Below, piece after piece: positions 35,272 to 45,372 of a DNA stretch of 64,000 bases. Position numbers and translations under genes: made by a program. Every line of letters begins with the position of its first letter. Position 1 is the first letter of the stretch. The DNA is from Candidatus Komeilibacteria bacterium S5_K13. GTDB taxonomy: Bacteria > Patescibacteriota > Patescibacteriia > UBA1558 > S5-K13. The stretch is from the NCBI GenBank assembly GCA_019248485.1, contig JAEHGL010000001.1, positions 11,446 through 75,445 on the forward strand, given 5' to 3'. The notes under the pieces are model-generated. The model was given only the letters and a program-made list of their open reading frames with translations, did not search any database and was not told where the DNA came from.

Positions 35272-37797
35272 TTATGAGGCAGTGCGAGCTGTTAAATTAT
35301 TTTTTTTATCTATATATTTATAATAAGCAATTTTTACAAATTCAGATGATACAAACTCAAGAATAACAACTCCCAAAATAATCATAAGATGATTAAAGCT
35401 GGGGCTAATAAATTTAAACAAAGAATGGCCAAGTCTTGTAAATGGTATTAATACTGTTAAAAAAGTTGCTACTAAAGAAAGGATAATCATTGAAAATGCG
35501 GGGAACTTTGCTTTTAAAAATAAACCCCTAGATCTTATTGAGAATATAAAAACTATCTCTGTTAGTATGCTGGATATAAACCAATTGGTTTGTAAAACTT
35601 GTGCAGGATAATGAAAGAAAAACGCAAATACAATAAAGTCTGATAAAGAGCTTACAATACCCAAAACCGTACAAAAAAGCATCATTTCTCTAATATCGTA
35701 AAACCTTGGCTTTTTGACCTCGCTAGAGTCTACTGAATCATTTGCAATGGCTATCATTGGAAAGTCTGACAATAAATTCAGTAACAATATTTGAATTGGC
35801 AACATTGGTAAATATTTTATAAACAATGATGCTATAGCAACTGAGTAAAAATTTCCAAAATTTGAAGCAAGGGTAGTTTTAATATACTTTGTTGTATTTG
35901 CAAAAATTTCTCTTCCCTCTTTTATTCCATCTACAATAACCTTCAAATTCTTTTTCAACAAAACAATGTCTGCATTTTCTCTAGATATATCTGATGCGCT
36001 TTGCACCACTATAGAAACACCAGCAAGCTTTAGTGCTGGAGCATCATTTATGCCTTCGCCCAAAAATCCAACTTGATATTTTGACTGCAAAAGTTCAATA
36101 ATATGAAATTTTTGCTCTGGAGAAATTCTACAAAAAACAGAGTATTTGTCTATCGCCTCTAATTGTCCTTTTTGATCTAGCTCATCAAACTCTTCTCCGG
36201 AAATTACATCTTCTGGATTTTTCAAAAGACCCACTTTCTTACCAACAGCACCAGACACTTCACGACTATCTCCTGTAATAATTTTTATCTTAACACCAAG
36301 CTCTTCAGCCTGTTTTACGGCAGAAACCGTAGTTGACTTTATTGGATCTACAAAAGATATTACCCCCAAAAACTCTAAATTCTTTTCATAATATTTAATA
36401 TCTTGTTTTTTTGAGAAAACAACCTTTTTCTTTGCTATTGCCAAAACTCTGTGACCCAAAATGCCCTCTGCTTTAATCCAATTATTAATATTAGTTACTT
36501 CTTGTTTACTAATTTTGCATATTTGAAATATTACTTCAGGTGCGCCACGAGAAATAAGTTCATATTTTCCACTACTAGAAACTAACACGCTATTTATTTT
36601 TCTTTTTGGATCAAATGGACATTCAGATATCCTTTTGTATTTATCATAATCACTTTCATTTTTCTTATCCATCTCGCTCCATAATGCTATGTCAAAAGGC
36701 TCTATTTTATCCTTAGAAATAGATGTTGTTCCAAGATTAGAGTATAAAATTAAATTATTATTTTGTGGATTATAATAATTTGCTACAGTAAGCTCATTTT
36801 CAGTAAGAGTTCCTGTTTTGTCAGAGCATAGAACTTGTATACCTCCCAAATCTTCTATTGCGGAAAGTCTTCTTACTACAACTTTTTTTCTTGCCAATTG
36901 AAGAGCCCCCTTTGAAAGAGAAAATGTCATAACAACGGGAAGTGCCTCTGGAATTACGCTAACAGCAAGCGCTATAGAAAAAATAATAAGCTCAACAATA
37001 TTCGCCTCCCTACCTTTAATCAAAATATTAGCCACCAACATTGCAACAAGAGTTATTGAAACAAGCTTTAGTATAAAAGAACTAAACCTAGCAATCCCCT
37101 TTTCAAAATTACTAACTCTTTTCGTTTCAACTGCTAAACTTGTAATATCTCCCATTCTAGTCTTTTTACCAGTAAATAAAACAAGTGCCTTTGCACTACC
37201 AGAAACAATAGAAGTACTAGAAAAAGCCATATTTGAAAACTCCTCATTAATCTCTACACCTTTTTTAACAGAAATAGACTCACCCGTTAATACAGACTCG
37301 TTAAGACCAAGATCATAAGTTTCTAAAAATCTCACATCTGCGGGCACTTTATCTCCTGTCACAAGTTTTATGATATCGCCAGGAACAAGATCTCGTGATT
37401 TTACAAGCTCTTCTTTGCCATCTCTTATAGCTTTTACCAGCGATGCGGAATATTTTTTGAGAAGCTCTAATGTTTTTTCTGATTTGTATTCTTGAGAAAA
37501 TCCCAAAATAGCATTTATAAATATAAAAATCAGAATCATTATTCCGTCTGTCATTTCTTTTAAAACAAAAGCTAATATAGCTGCTCCAAGAAGTAAATAA
37601 ATAAAAGGCGATTTAAATTGCCTTAATAATATATGATACCATCTACTCTTTTTTAAGATAATCTCATTTGGTCCATAGTTTACAAGTCTTTGAGTTGCGT
37701 CCTTTTGACCCAATCCATTTTGTAAATTTGTTTTAAATTCTTTTATTAAAATTTCTGAATCTAATTTTGAAATTCTAGAAAAGTCAACTCTATCCAT
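35272..37797 (-). CDS. P-type cation-transporting ATPase (P2/P3 type, Mg2+/Ca2+-like).
   Basis: CSDKTGTLT phosphorylation site, PEALP TM4 motif, TGDSREV and GEGINDAPALK motifs. Ten TM helices. Confidence 0.85.
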   Translation of the reverse strand: MDRVDFSRISKLDSEILIKEFKTNLQNGLGQKDATQRLVNYGPNEIILKKSRWYHILLRQFKSPFIYLLLGAAILAFVLKEMTDGIMILIFIFINAILGFSQEYKSEKTLELLKKYSASLVKAIRDGKEELVKSRDLVPGDIIKLVTGDKVPADVRFLETYDLGLNESVLTGESISVKKGVEINEEFSNMAFSSTSIVSGSAKALVLFTGKKTRMGDITSLAVETKRVSNFEKGIARFSSFILKLVSITLVAMLVANILIKGREANIVELIIFSIALAVSVIPEALPVVMTFSLSKGALQLARKKVVVRRLSAIEDLGGIQVLCSDKTGTLTENELTVANYYNPQNNNLILYSNLGTTSISKDKIEPFDIALWSEMDKKNESDYDKYKRISECPFDPKRKINSVLVSSSGKYELISRGAPEVIFQICKISKQEVTNINNWIKAEGILGHRVLAIAKKKVVFSKKQDIKYYEKNLEFLGVISFVDPIKSTTVSAVKQAEELGVKIKIITGDSREVSGAVGKKVGLLKNPEDVISGEEFDELDQKGQLEAIDKYSVFCRISPEQKFHIIELLQSKYQVGFLGEGINDAPALKLAGVSIVVQSASDISRENADIVLLKKNLKVIVDGIKEGREIFANTTKYIKTTLASNFGNFYSVAIASLFIKYLPMLPIQILLLNLLSDFPMIAIANDSVDSSEVKKPRFYDIREMMLFCTVLGIVSSLSDFIVFAFFFHYPAQVLQTNWFISSILTEIVFIFSIRSRGLFLKAKFPAFSMIILSLVATFLTVLIPFTRLGHSLFKFISPSFNHLMIILGVVILEFVSSEFVKIAYYKYIDKKNNLTARTAS

Positions 37798-37843
37798 AAT
37801 TATAAAAATTATTTATTACCATCTAATTATACTAAAAAATATA

Positions 37844-38323
37844 TTAAAAATTCAATTTCCAGATAAAGAAATTCAATACAGATGCAAAACTTACCCATAA
37901 TATATATGGGATTAAAATAAGTGACGCAATTCTTGAAATTTTATAAAACCCAATAATGGTTGCAAATATAGAAATCCACAAAATCATTATTTCAAAGAAT
38001 GCAAACATTGGAGATTCTAATCCAAAAAATAGTATTGACCAAAGAATATTTAAAATAAGCTGTATAGCAAATATTATTATTACTTCTTTTTTATAAGCCC
38101 TATCTTTGAATTTACTTGTCCAAATAATATAAAGAGAGATTCCCATTAAAATAAATAGAATTGTCCATACCGGCCCAAAAAGATAATTTGGTGGATTAAA
38201 AGATGGCTTTGTAACGCCTTGATACCATGTAGCTATTTTAGGAGTTGTAAAAAAAGACCCCAAAAATCCAGCAAACTGACAAATTAAGATAGAGATAATT
38301 AGCTTTAGTGTTTTAGATTTCAT
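37844..38323 (-). CDS. tspO: TspO/MBR family tryptophan-rich sensory protein.
   Basis: WYQGVTKPSFNPPNYLFGPVWTILFILMG signature. Confidence 0.75.
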   Translation of the reverse strand: MKSKTLKLIISILICQFAGFLGSFFTTPKIATWYQGVTKPSFNPPNYLFGPVWTILFILMGISLYIIWTSKFKDRAYKKEVIIIFAIQLILNILWSILFFGLESPMFAFFEIMILWISIFATIIGFYKISRIASLILIPYILWVSFASVLNFFIWKLNF

Positions 38324-38334
38324 ATTTTCTTTGT

Positions 38335-38415
38335 CCGGTTGCTCGCCTCGCTATCGCTACCTGCCTCGACTTGCGTCTATGGCAAGGCGGGTGGCGAAGC
38401 GGGACTAACCGGATA
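38335..38415 (+). repeat. GC-rich repeat element, copy 2.
   Basis: CCGGTTGCTCGCCTCGCTATCGCTACCTGCCTCGACTTGCGTCTATGGCAAGGCGGGTGGCGAAGCGGG. Confidence 0.8.
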
Positions 38416-38419
38416 TTAA

Positions 38420-39739
38420 TTACTTAACAAAAATTAATCCCAAGAAACTGACCCCTACTATTATTAGAGCTGATACAAAAAATCTAAGTGCAAATTTACG
38501 ACTTCCCTGAGCATAAGAAAAAATACTCTTGCTAAATAAATTTGTAGCGTTCACAAGCAAAAATACAAAAGTTGCAAATTGAAACGTAATGTCACGACCC
38601 GCCATTTCGGCAAGAGAAACAAGTATTGCGTCTAATCCTGTAAAAGAAGCTATTATAGAACTTATTACAAAACCAGCCTTACCAAACAATACCAAGCAAA
38701 TCTTTGTTACTATTTTTACAATTATTAAAATTCCTGCAAACTTGAGCGCTGGCATAAGTGCAAATATTTTACCCTCTGTCTCTTCGACTTCCTTTTGCTT
38801 TTTCTCTTTTTCTTTTTTACGCAAAAATATAGTAGCTATAATAGCGGCGGAAATTATCATTATTGAAATACTTGGCAAAATAGATACAAGCCAAGCTGCA
38901 TTAAGTGGACCGACTAATAAAAAGATTTGAAAAAAACTAGCTAGGTTTGATAAAATAGCAGCACCAAGCAAATAATTAACAGTCGATGACTTTTTACTTC
39001 TTTGAGCTAAAGACTGAGTTGTTGATGTTGAAGAAACAAAACCCCCTACAAAACTTGTAAGACTAAAACTACTTTTATTACCAATAAGTCTTCCAAGTAG
39101 ATATCCAAAAAGATCTATTCCTGTAATCAAAACTACAACCATCCATATTTTTCTTGGATTGATTAATTCAATTACAGCAAATTTTCCAAGATCAACATTT
39201 AGACTTGCAAATATTTGAGCTAAAAACGGAATGTCCATTAGCTTGTATCCTACGTTTGGCAGAAAAGGCAAAACAATTAAAGCTATAATTGCATAACTTA
39301 TAAAAGACTGTAATTCTTTTTTTGAAACACTCTGGGTAATTTTTTGAGTTGTTGCTTTTACAGACAAAATCAAAATTACTACCACAAACAAAGCTATGAT
39401 TAAATAAAGCGGTAAAATATTAAGTGTTATAAGTAGACCCATTAAAAATGTAAATAAAATAGCCAACTCACTTGTCAGCCCCAAGTCTTTTGTAATAATA
39501 GAGCTTATTAAATAAGAAGAAATGAGTAAAACAAAAAAAGCGCTTGATATAAGAAGTGCAAACATCGGCAATTGACTAGAATAAAGTATTCCAGCAACAG
39601 ATCCAAGAAGACCTATCATTGAATATGTTCTTAGCCCACCAGCAGACCCCAAATCCTGATTACTATTTTCACGCTCTAATCCTATAGCAGCACCTAATAA
39701 AAGTGAAAGTAGTAACTTCCCCACCAAAGTCTCAAACAT
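38420..39739 (-). CDS. MgtC/SapB-family membrane protein with a DUF4010-like C-terminal extension.
   Basis: LLLSLLLGAAIGLERE...AGGLRTYSMIGLLGS is the MgtC N-terminal signature. About ten TM helices. Confidence 0.65.
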   Translation of the reverse strand: MFETLVGKLLLSLLLGAAIGLERENSNQDLGSAGGLRTYSMIGLLGSVAGILYSSQLPMFALLISSAFFVLLISSYLISSIITKDLGLTSELAILFTFLMGLLITLNILPLYLIIALFVVVILILSVKATTQKITQSVSKKELQSFISYAIIALIVLPFLPNVGYKLMDIPFLAQIFASLNVDLGKFAVIELINPRKIWMVVVLITGIDLFGYLLGRLIGNKSSFSLTSFVGGFVSSTSTTQSLAQRSKKSSTVNYLLGAAILSNLASFFQIFLLVGPLNAAWLVSILPSISIMIISAAIIATIFLRKKEKEKKQKEVEETEGKIFALMPALKFAGILIIVKIVTKICLVLFGKAGFVISSIIASFTGLDAILVSLAEMAGRDITFQFATFVFLLVNATNLFSKSIFSYAQGSRKFALRFFVSALIIVGVSFLGLIFVK

Positions 39740-39841
39740 AAATTATTTTTAATAATTATATGAATTAATTATAACAGATTAGAAAACATTATAAAATAAA
39801 AAATACCCTGTAGGATGAATATTTATTTTTTTAAAAAAACG

Positions 39842-40642
39842 CTATCTTAACTCGTACAAAATAATTCCTGCACTTATTGCAACATTAAGAGATTCTATTT
39901 TATCAATGCTTAGAGAGATCATTCCATCTGATTTATCTAATATGGCCTGACCTATACCATTTGCTTCATTTCCAAAAACAATACAATATTTTTTGCTCGC
40001 CTTGGCGTAGCTGGAGCTCCGCTTCGGCGAAGCCATGTCTTTTAGTTTTTCTGGTAGTACCCCACCCGTCATAACGGTAGAATAAATTTTCATTTCTTTT
40101 TTTATTTTTTGAAATATTTCTAGGTCCTTGTCAAAAGAAATATTTAGCTTAAAAATAGAATCTTTACTGGCATTTATTACTTTTGGATTATAAATATCTA
40201 CACAGGTATCATCTACAACGATGTTATAAAACCCAAACGCAAGAGAGGTCCTAAGTATTGTTCCCATATTTCCAGGATCATTTATTCCATTTAGATAAAT
40301 AATATTACTTTTAAAATCAATATCTCTATTTATCTTATCATATATAGCATAAATTCCTGAAGAGGTTGTGAGACAAGAAATATAGTCATTTACCCCTTGA
40401 TTTATAATATGAAAATTTTCTACTTTTGATAAAATAAAATTAGCATCTTCACCATTTTTGTCTAATAAATCCCCTCTTATAAATAATTCCTTTGGCAAAA
40501 TACCAAACTCAATCGCGTCATGAATAGTCGTCAAACTCTCAACAAAAAAGAGATCATCTTCACTCCTCGTCTTTTTATCTTGAAGTTTCTTTAGATATTT
40601 TATTTTTTCATTATTTGTGCTTCTAATAATTTCTTGTTCCAT
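39842..40642 (-). CDS. SpoU/TrmH-class RNA 2'-O-methyltransferase, carrying an in-frame GC-rich insert (..MASPKRSSSYAKASKK..).
   Basis: IVFGNEANGI and LNVAISAGIILYE SPOUT motifs. Nucleotides 40003-40044 match the GC-rich repeat family in reverse orientation. Confidence 0.7.
   Translation of the reverse strand: MEQEIIRSTNNEKIKYLKKLQDKKTRSEDDLFFVESLTTIHDAIEFGILPKELFIRGDLLDKNGEDANFILSKVENFHIINQGVNDYISCLTTSSGIYAIYDKINRDIDFKSNIIYLNGINDPGNMGTILRTSLAFGFYNIVVDDTCVDIYNPKVINASKDSIFKLNISFDKDLEIFQKIKKEMKIYSTVMTGGVLPEKLKDMASPKRSSSYAKASKKYCIVFGNEANGIGQAILDKSDGMISLSIDKIESLNVAISAGIILYELR
40003..40044 (-). repeat. Diverged partial copy of the GC-rich repeat, embedded in frame within the SpoU methyltransferase CDS.
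   Basis: The reverse complement GGCTTCGCCGAAGCGGAGCTCCAGCTACGCCAAGGCGAGCAAA aligns with the right part of copy 3 (GGCGAAGCGGGCCTACGGCTACGCCGAGGC...). Confidence 0.5.
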
Positions 40643-40646
40643 GTGA

Positions 40647-40931
40647 TTACCTTATATTTAAGTTCTGTGTATTTATGAAAGTGCCATATGAAGCACTTTG
40701 TAAATTTGAATTGGCACCTTGAAAACCACTGCCACTAATTTTTGTATCCTGAACTCCAGAAGATGCATTTTGAATTTTCGAAGAACCAAAAGAATTAATG
40801 CCCAATCTAATAATACCTCCAGAAATATGAGATTCTTGTTCTTTTTCTTGGTTTCTAAAGATAGCCACTATAAAACTAACTATTACTATAGCTGTTATTG
40901 TAAGCGAAATATACGATTTATTTATTTTCAT
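40647..40931 (-). CDS. Small membrane-anchored hypothetical protein (94 aa).
   Basis: N-terminal TM segment plus a Ser/Gly/Asn-rich tail. Confidence 0.3.
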   Translation of the reverse strand: MKINKSYISLTITAIVIVSFIVAIFRNQEKEQESHISGGIIRLGINSFGSSKIQNASSGVQDTKISGSGFQGANSNLQSASYGTFINTQNLNIR

Positions 40932-40975
40932 GACCGTGATTTCATTCTGTCATAAATAGAATTAAAAGTAAAATG

Positions 40976-41719
40976 CTATTTATTCAAAGTTTTAACTATT
41001 TTAAAATCAAAAATATCTTGTTTGATACCTAATTTTCTTGCTAATTTTCTTGCATTTTTCTCTCCTCCAACATAGCTAAATAATTTTTTTAGATTTCTAG
41101 GATAACGCCATTTTTCTATAGTACCTAAATTCTTTAAAAGCAAGTCCACTTCTTCTTTTGTGGGTTGCTTAAATCCTAAATGCATAAATCTAAGACAAGC
41201 AAACAAATTTGCTGGATGACTTATATTTTCTACTTTTATTTTTTTATTTTTTAGATCATTTAATGATCCTGGTAAAGATATAAGTTTTTCAAACCAATTT
41301 TCTTTAAAAATATCTTTCAACGATATCATTGAACCATTGATAGTAAAATTACAAACACATTTAGGAGTCTTTTCTTCTGATAAACAAATATCTAAATACA
41401 AATAGTCTCTAAAAATATCTTCTGGCCTAGAAACTTTTTTTATTTTCAAAACAACAGATTTTTTTCGTCTTATTTTTCCATATGTAAAACCCTTATCTCT
41501 AAGATTTTTTACAAACAATCTAAGATCCCCTCCCAATAATACATCAAAATCTCTTTGGGGTAGTATTTTCTTAAAATATTTATAATATATCGCGTTTCTT
41601 ATAGCACCACCCACTAAATAAACTTTTGTATTCTTGGGAATACAAGAAACAACAATCTGAAATATTTCATTATTTTTTTCGTTATGCAGAAACAATGGCA
41701 ATTTTTTGTTGATTTTCAT
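40976..41719 (-). CDS. Nucleotidyltransferase of the CCA-adding/poly(A) polymerase family (head domain only).
   Basis: VYLVGGAIRNAIY...RDFDVLLGGDL matches the GGxVRD...DxD pol-beta head. Confidence 0.5.
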   Translation of the reverse strand: MKINKKLPLFLHNEKNNEIFQIVVSCIPKNTKVYLVGGAIRNAIYYKYFKKILPQRDFDVLLGGDLRLFVKNLRDKGFTYGKIRRKKSVVLKIKKVSRPEDIFRDYLYLDICLSEEKTPKCVCNFTINGSMISLKDIFKENWFEKLISLPGSLNDLKNKKIKVENISHPANLFACLRFMHLGFKQPTKEEVDLLLKNLGTIEKWRYPRNLKKLFSYVGGEKNARKLARKLGIKQDIFDFKIVKTLNK

Positions 41720-41788
41720 ATTCTTATTCTATCAAAATTACTACAAAAATGAAATCTACTGCATCTTATGTTAATAAACGAAAATAAA

Positions 41789-41822
41789 TCGCCTATTAAT
41801 ATAAGCGATTTATTAGAGTGCA
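41789..41822 (-). terminator. Hairpin AAATCGC-N12-GCGATTT after the large surface-protein gene.
   Basis: 7-bp stem followed by a U-rich tract on the minus strand. Confidence 0.35.
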
Positions 41823-41848
41823 AATAACTATTCGTTTTCTAAATCAGA

Positions 41849-44800
41849 CTATCTAAATATTTTTCCCAAAAACCCCTTCCAACTCTTTATAAAACTATTT
41901 ATAGTTTTTAATGCCCTACTTTCTTTATTGTTTTGATTATTTATCTTCGTATTGTTTACAACAACATATGGTCCATTTGAGCTTGCTGGAGACTTTTTAA
42001 TGACAACTTCTATATCTTTTGTATTCTTTTTGATATCATCAAGATTTTTTTCTATTTTTTCCTTAGCCTCTAATTTAATAGGCTCATTATTTTTTGTTTC
42101 CGAAATAACGTTTTTTATTTCTTTAATATTGGAGTCTATTTTACCAACGATTTTCTTTACTTCTTTAGTCTTTGAAGACATAGGAGCTTGTTGAATCGTA
42201 GAATTCGTAATAGATTTTTCAATCAAATTCTTTGAACTCTCAATCTTGGCTACGCTATCTGTAATATTGGCCTTAATTTCTTTTGTCAAATTGATGTTTT
42301 GATTCAAAGTAGTGGTTGATGATGAAATAGAAGGCTTTGCTATTATAGTCGCTTTTGCAGTACTAACGTCTCTTGATATATTATTAATACTTTGTTTTAT
42401 TTCTTGAATAACCATAGGGCTAATATTTTCTTTTGCAAATAAAATAGTTTTTGATATTGGATCTGAAGAAACTCCATATTTTGTATAAAACTTCACATAT
42501 AAAGTTTTTTCACCATAACCCTCAGATAATTTGATTTGTCTTGTCTCTGAATATGCATCTAAAGAAGCATTTTTGAACTCTTTATCTTCTGAAATAGCGA
42601 CTTTATTTACATCTGAACTTACAAAAAACTGCAAAGTCACTATATTAGAATATGTTATTTTTTCATTTTTATTTATAATAAAGTTAAGTCCGCCATCTGG
42701 ATTTTCTTTTGTTGATTTTGGACTTTGTGGAGCTAAAGATGCCTCTGGTGGCAATCCCCCACCACCAGAAATAGACGACTTAATAACTTCAACTGTTCTT
42801 TCTGCCATTGACGTTCTTCCAAAAGAATCTGTGACAGCATATCTTATCGTATATGTACCTGGCCTAGTAACGTCAACCGAACCAGATGTTACAATAGAAT
42901 TTGTGATATCCTGATTGTTATTATCCGTCGCCGTTACACCAGCATCTTGATACAATGAATTTTGTTCAATACTCACAGAATTTTCTCCCAAAACTGTGAT
43001 TATAGGAGGTGTCTTATCTGACCAAGAAAAACTAGCAAAAGATGGCGCACGATAAGCACCAATAAAACCAAACGCTCCACCCACATATAAATTATTATCA
43101 TTCATACTTAGTGAATTTACTTCTCCATCTGGATTAACAACAAATGCATCATCTACGTCGCCACTTTCTGTACTTATATCAATCTTAGCTAATCTTGAAA
43201 TATTTTTATCTCCTATTTTAGAAAACGCGCCACCAATATATAAATTATCTCTATGGATCATCAATGTTTTTAATGATGCATTTGGAAAAATTGAAAAATC
43301 TTTTATTAGTTCTCCTGTTTGATTATCAATTTTTGCTAAATAAGGAGATGCACTTCCATTTACTTCAAGAAAATCTCCACCAATATATATTGCATCATTA
43401 TCAACACTTATTACATTTACAATTCCTTTGACATTTGCCGTGAAGCCGTCTACGAGAGCACCTGTATTCAAATCTACAAATGCGAGATTATTAGTAAAAT
43501 TTCCTCCAACATATAATCCATTTTCAGATATTGCCATTGAATAAACAGGACCATTCAAACCCGCTTCAGATGACAAATTCTTTTTTCCTGTTTTATTATC
43601 TACAAATAATAAATTTGATTCAAATTCTCCACCTATGTATAAATTCCCAGCATTAGATAACAATGCATTAACAGTTCCATTCAAGTCAACTGCAAAGAAT
43701 TCATCAACACTGTTTGTTGCAATATCTATTTTTGCTAAATTAACAACTGGCGAATTAAATTTTCCACCAATATACAAGTTATTATCATCCAAAACCATTG
43801 TATTGACAGCTCCATCTACACCAAAATTAAAATCTCTATCTACCACTCCAGTTGTTGCATCTATTCTTGCTAAATTAGAAATATTTTCTCCACAAATACG
43901 ATCAAAATCTCCACTTAAAAAAATATCCCCACCATCCAAAAGAGTAATTGTGCTAACGCTGTCATTTGGATTAGGATAAAATACATCCTCTACCACATCA
44001 TAATCTACATTGATTTTTATAATATGCTGTGAAGCATTTGGAAGATCAAAATCTCCAACAGCATATAAATAATTTCCACGAATTAATATTTTATTAACAC
44101 TTCCAGTTAAATCATGATCAAAATTTAAATCAATGGAAAAGGTATCCATATCAATTTTTGCTAAACCACTTATATTATTTTTAAGACTGAAATCTCCACC
44201 AAAATACATATCTTGTCCATATATAACCACATCATTAATCACATTAATTCCAGTAGTATCTACGATAAATTTTTCATCAATTTTCCCATCCTCAATCACA
44301 AACCTTCCTAATTTAGAGACATTAGAGCTCCCGACACTCAGAAAATCTCCCACAAAATATATATAAGATTTATCCTTAACAAGACCACGTATAACACCCT
44401 TTCTTATATCAATATTAAATGTTTCATCAAAAACCATATCACTTAAACTCATTTTTCCGATACCTTTTATAGGAGCACCATTTACAGAACTAAACCCACC
44501 CCCTATATATAAAATTAAAGCCTCTGAATCAATAAGTAAAGAAAAAACTGGGCCATTAATATCAAATCCAAAATCAGAATTTACAAGATATTTATCAATG
44601 TTTATTGTAGCTAAATTTAATGCTGAAAATCCATTTATAGAATTAAAATCTCCTCCAACATATAATTGATTATTATAAGAATACAAAGCGTAGACAACTC
44701 CATTTACATCAAAAGAAAAGTTTGTATCCAGTGTATAATCAGCATTTATATGAGCTAGTCCCGCCTTGGCATATCCATTTATAGAAGTAAAATCCCCTCC

Positions 44801-45130
44801 TATATAAAGCCCCCCTTCTCCGTCTGAAATAGCGGTGTAAACAGATCCTGTTATATCCAAACCAGCATTTATTAAAGTACCGGTTTCTGCGTTTATTACA
44901 GCAGCTCCTCCAGCATAAGGCCCCACGTAACTAAAATCTCCACCAATGTATATCTTGTCATTTTTTGAATCCGTAACTATAGAATTAATTACTCCATCCG
45001 TTGTATAAAGATTTACATTTGGGACATTAGAAATTTCTATTGTAGCAGCAGATACATAAATAATAATAAATAATAAAAACACCAAAGGCGAAAAAATTAA
45101 GAATTTTTCAAAAATCTTTTTAATCTGCAT
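41849..45130 (-). CDS. Large secreted repeat protein (1093 aa). About 20 delta-60-type beta-propeller repeats, an Ig-like domain and a Lys-rich coiled-coil tail.
   Basis: Recurring LYIGGDF-SINGxxxxxLA(K/R)ID motif every ~45-50 aa, a C-terminal DUF5011-like Ig domain (PPIITVLGENSVSIE...) and a K-rich tail. Confidence 0.6.
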   Translation of the reverse strand: MQIKKIFEKFLIFSPLVFLLFIIIYVSAATIEISNVPNVNLYTTDGVINSIVTDSKNDKIYIGGDFSYVGPYAGGAAVINAETGTLINAGLDITGSVYTAISDGEGGLYIGGDFTSINGYAKAGLAHINADYTLDTNFSFDVNGVVYALYSYNNQLYVGGDFNSINGFSALNLATINIDKYLVNSDFGFDINGPVFSLLIDSEALILYIGGGFSSVNGAPIKGIGKMSLSDMVFDETFNIDIRKGVIRGLVKDKSYIYFVGDFLSVGSSNVSKLGRFVIEDGKIDEKFIVDTTGINVINDVVIYGQDMYFGGDFSLKNNISGLAKIDMDTFSIDLNFDHDLTGSVNKILIRGNYLYAVGDFDLPNASQHIIKINVDYDVVEDVFYPNPNDSVSTITLLDGGDIFLSGDFDRICGENISNLARIDATTGVVDRDFNFGVDGAVNTMVLDDNNLYIGGKFNSPVVNLAKIDIATNSVDEFFAVDLNGTVNALLSNAGNLYIGGEFESNLLFVDNKTGKKNLSSEAGLNGPVYSMAISENGLYVGGNFTNNLAFVDLNTGALVDGFTANVKGIVNVISVDNDAIYIGGDFLEVNGSASPYLAKIDNQTGELIKDFSIFPNASLKTLMIHRDNLYIGGAFSKIGDKNISRLAKIDISTESGDVDDAFVVNPDGEVNSLSMNDNNLYVGGAFGFIGAYRAPSFASFSWSDKTPPIITVLGENSVSIEQNSLYQDAGVTATDNNNQDITNSIVTSGSVDVTRPGTYTIRYAVTDSFGRTSMAERTVEVIKSSISGGGGLPPEASLAPQSPKSTKENPDGGLNFIINKNEKITYSNIVTLQFFVSSDVNKVAISEDKEFKNASLDAYSETRQIKLSEGYGEKTLYVKFYTKYGVSSDPISKTILFAKENISPMVIQEIKQSINNISRDVSTAKATIIAKPSISSSTTTLNQNINLTKEIKANITDSVAKIESSKNLIEKSITNSTIQQAPMSSKTKEVKKIVGKIDSNIKEIKNVISETKNNEPIKLEAKEKIEKNLDDIKKNTKDIEVVIKKSPASSNGPYVVVNNTKINNQNNKESRALKTINSFIKSWKGFLGKIFR

Positions 45131-45372
45131 AAATTTTTATATTAATACTTAAGCTATATTATTATAACATATTTCGTCTATAAATACTCATAAAAACAAA
45201 AAAACATCACTTCTAAGCAATGTCTTTTCTAATCAGTGTTCGAGATTCATAGTCATATTTAATATATCAGCTTCTCGACTTCATCCCGCAACAATTATAA
45301 ATTATATAGAGGCGGGATTATCCGATTAAGCAATTATTCTATTATACTATTAACCTATAACCTATTATTCTG

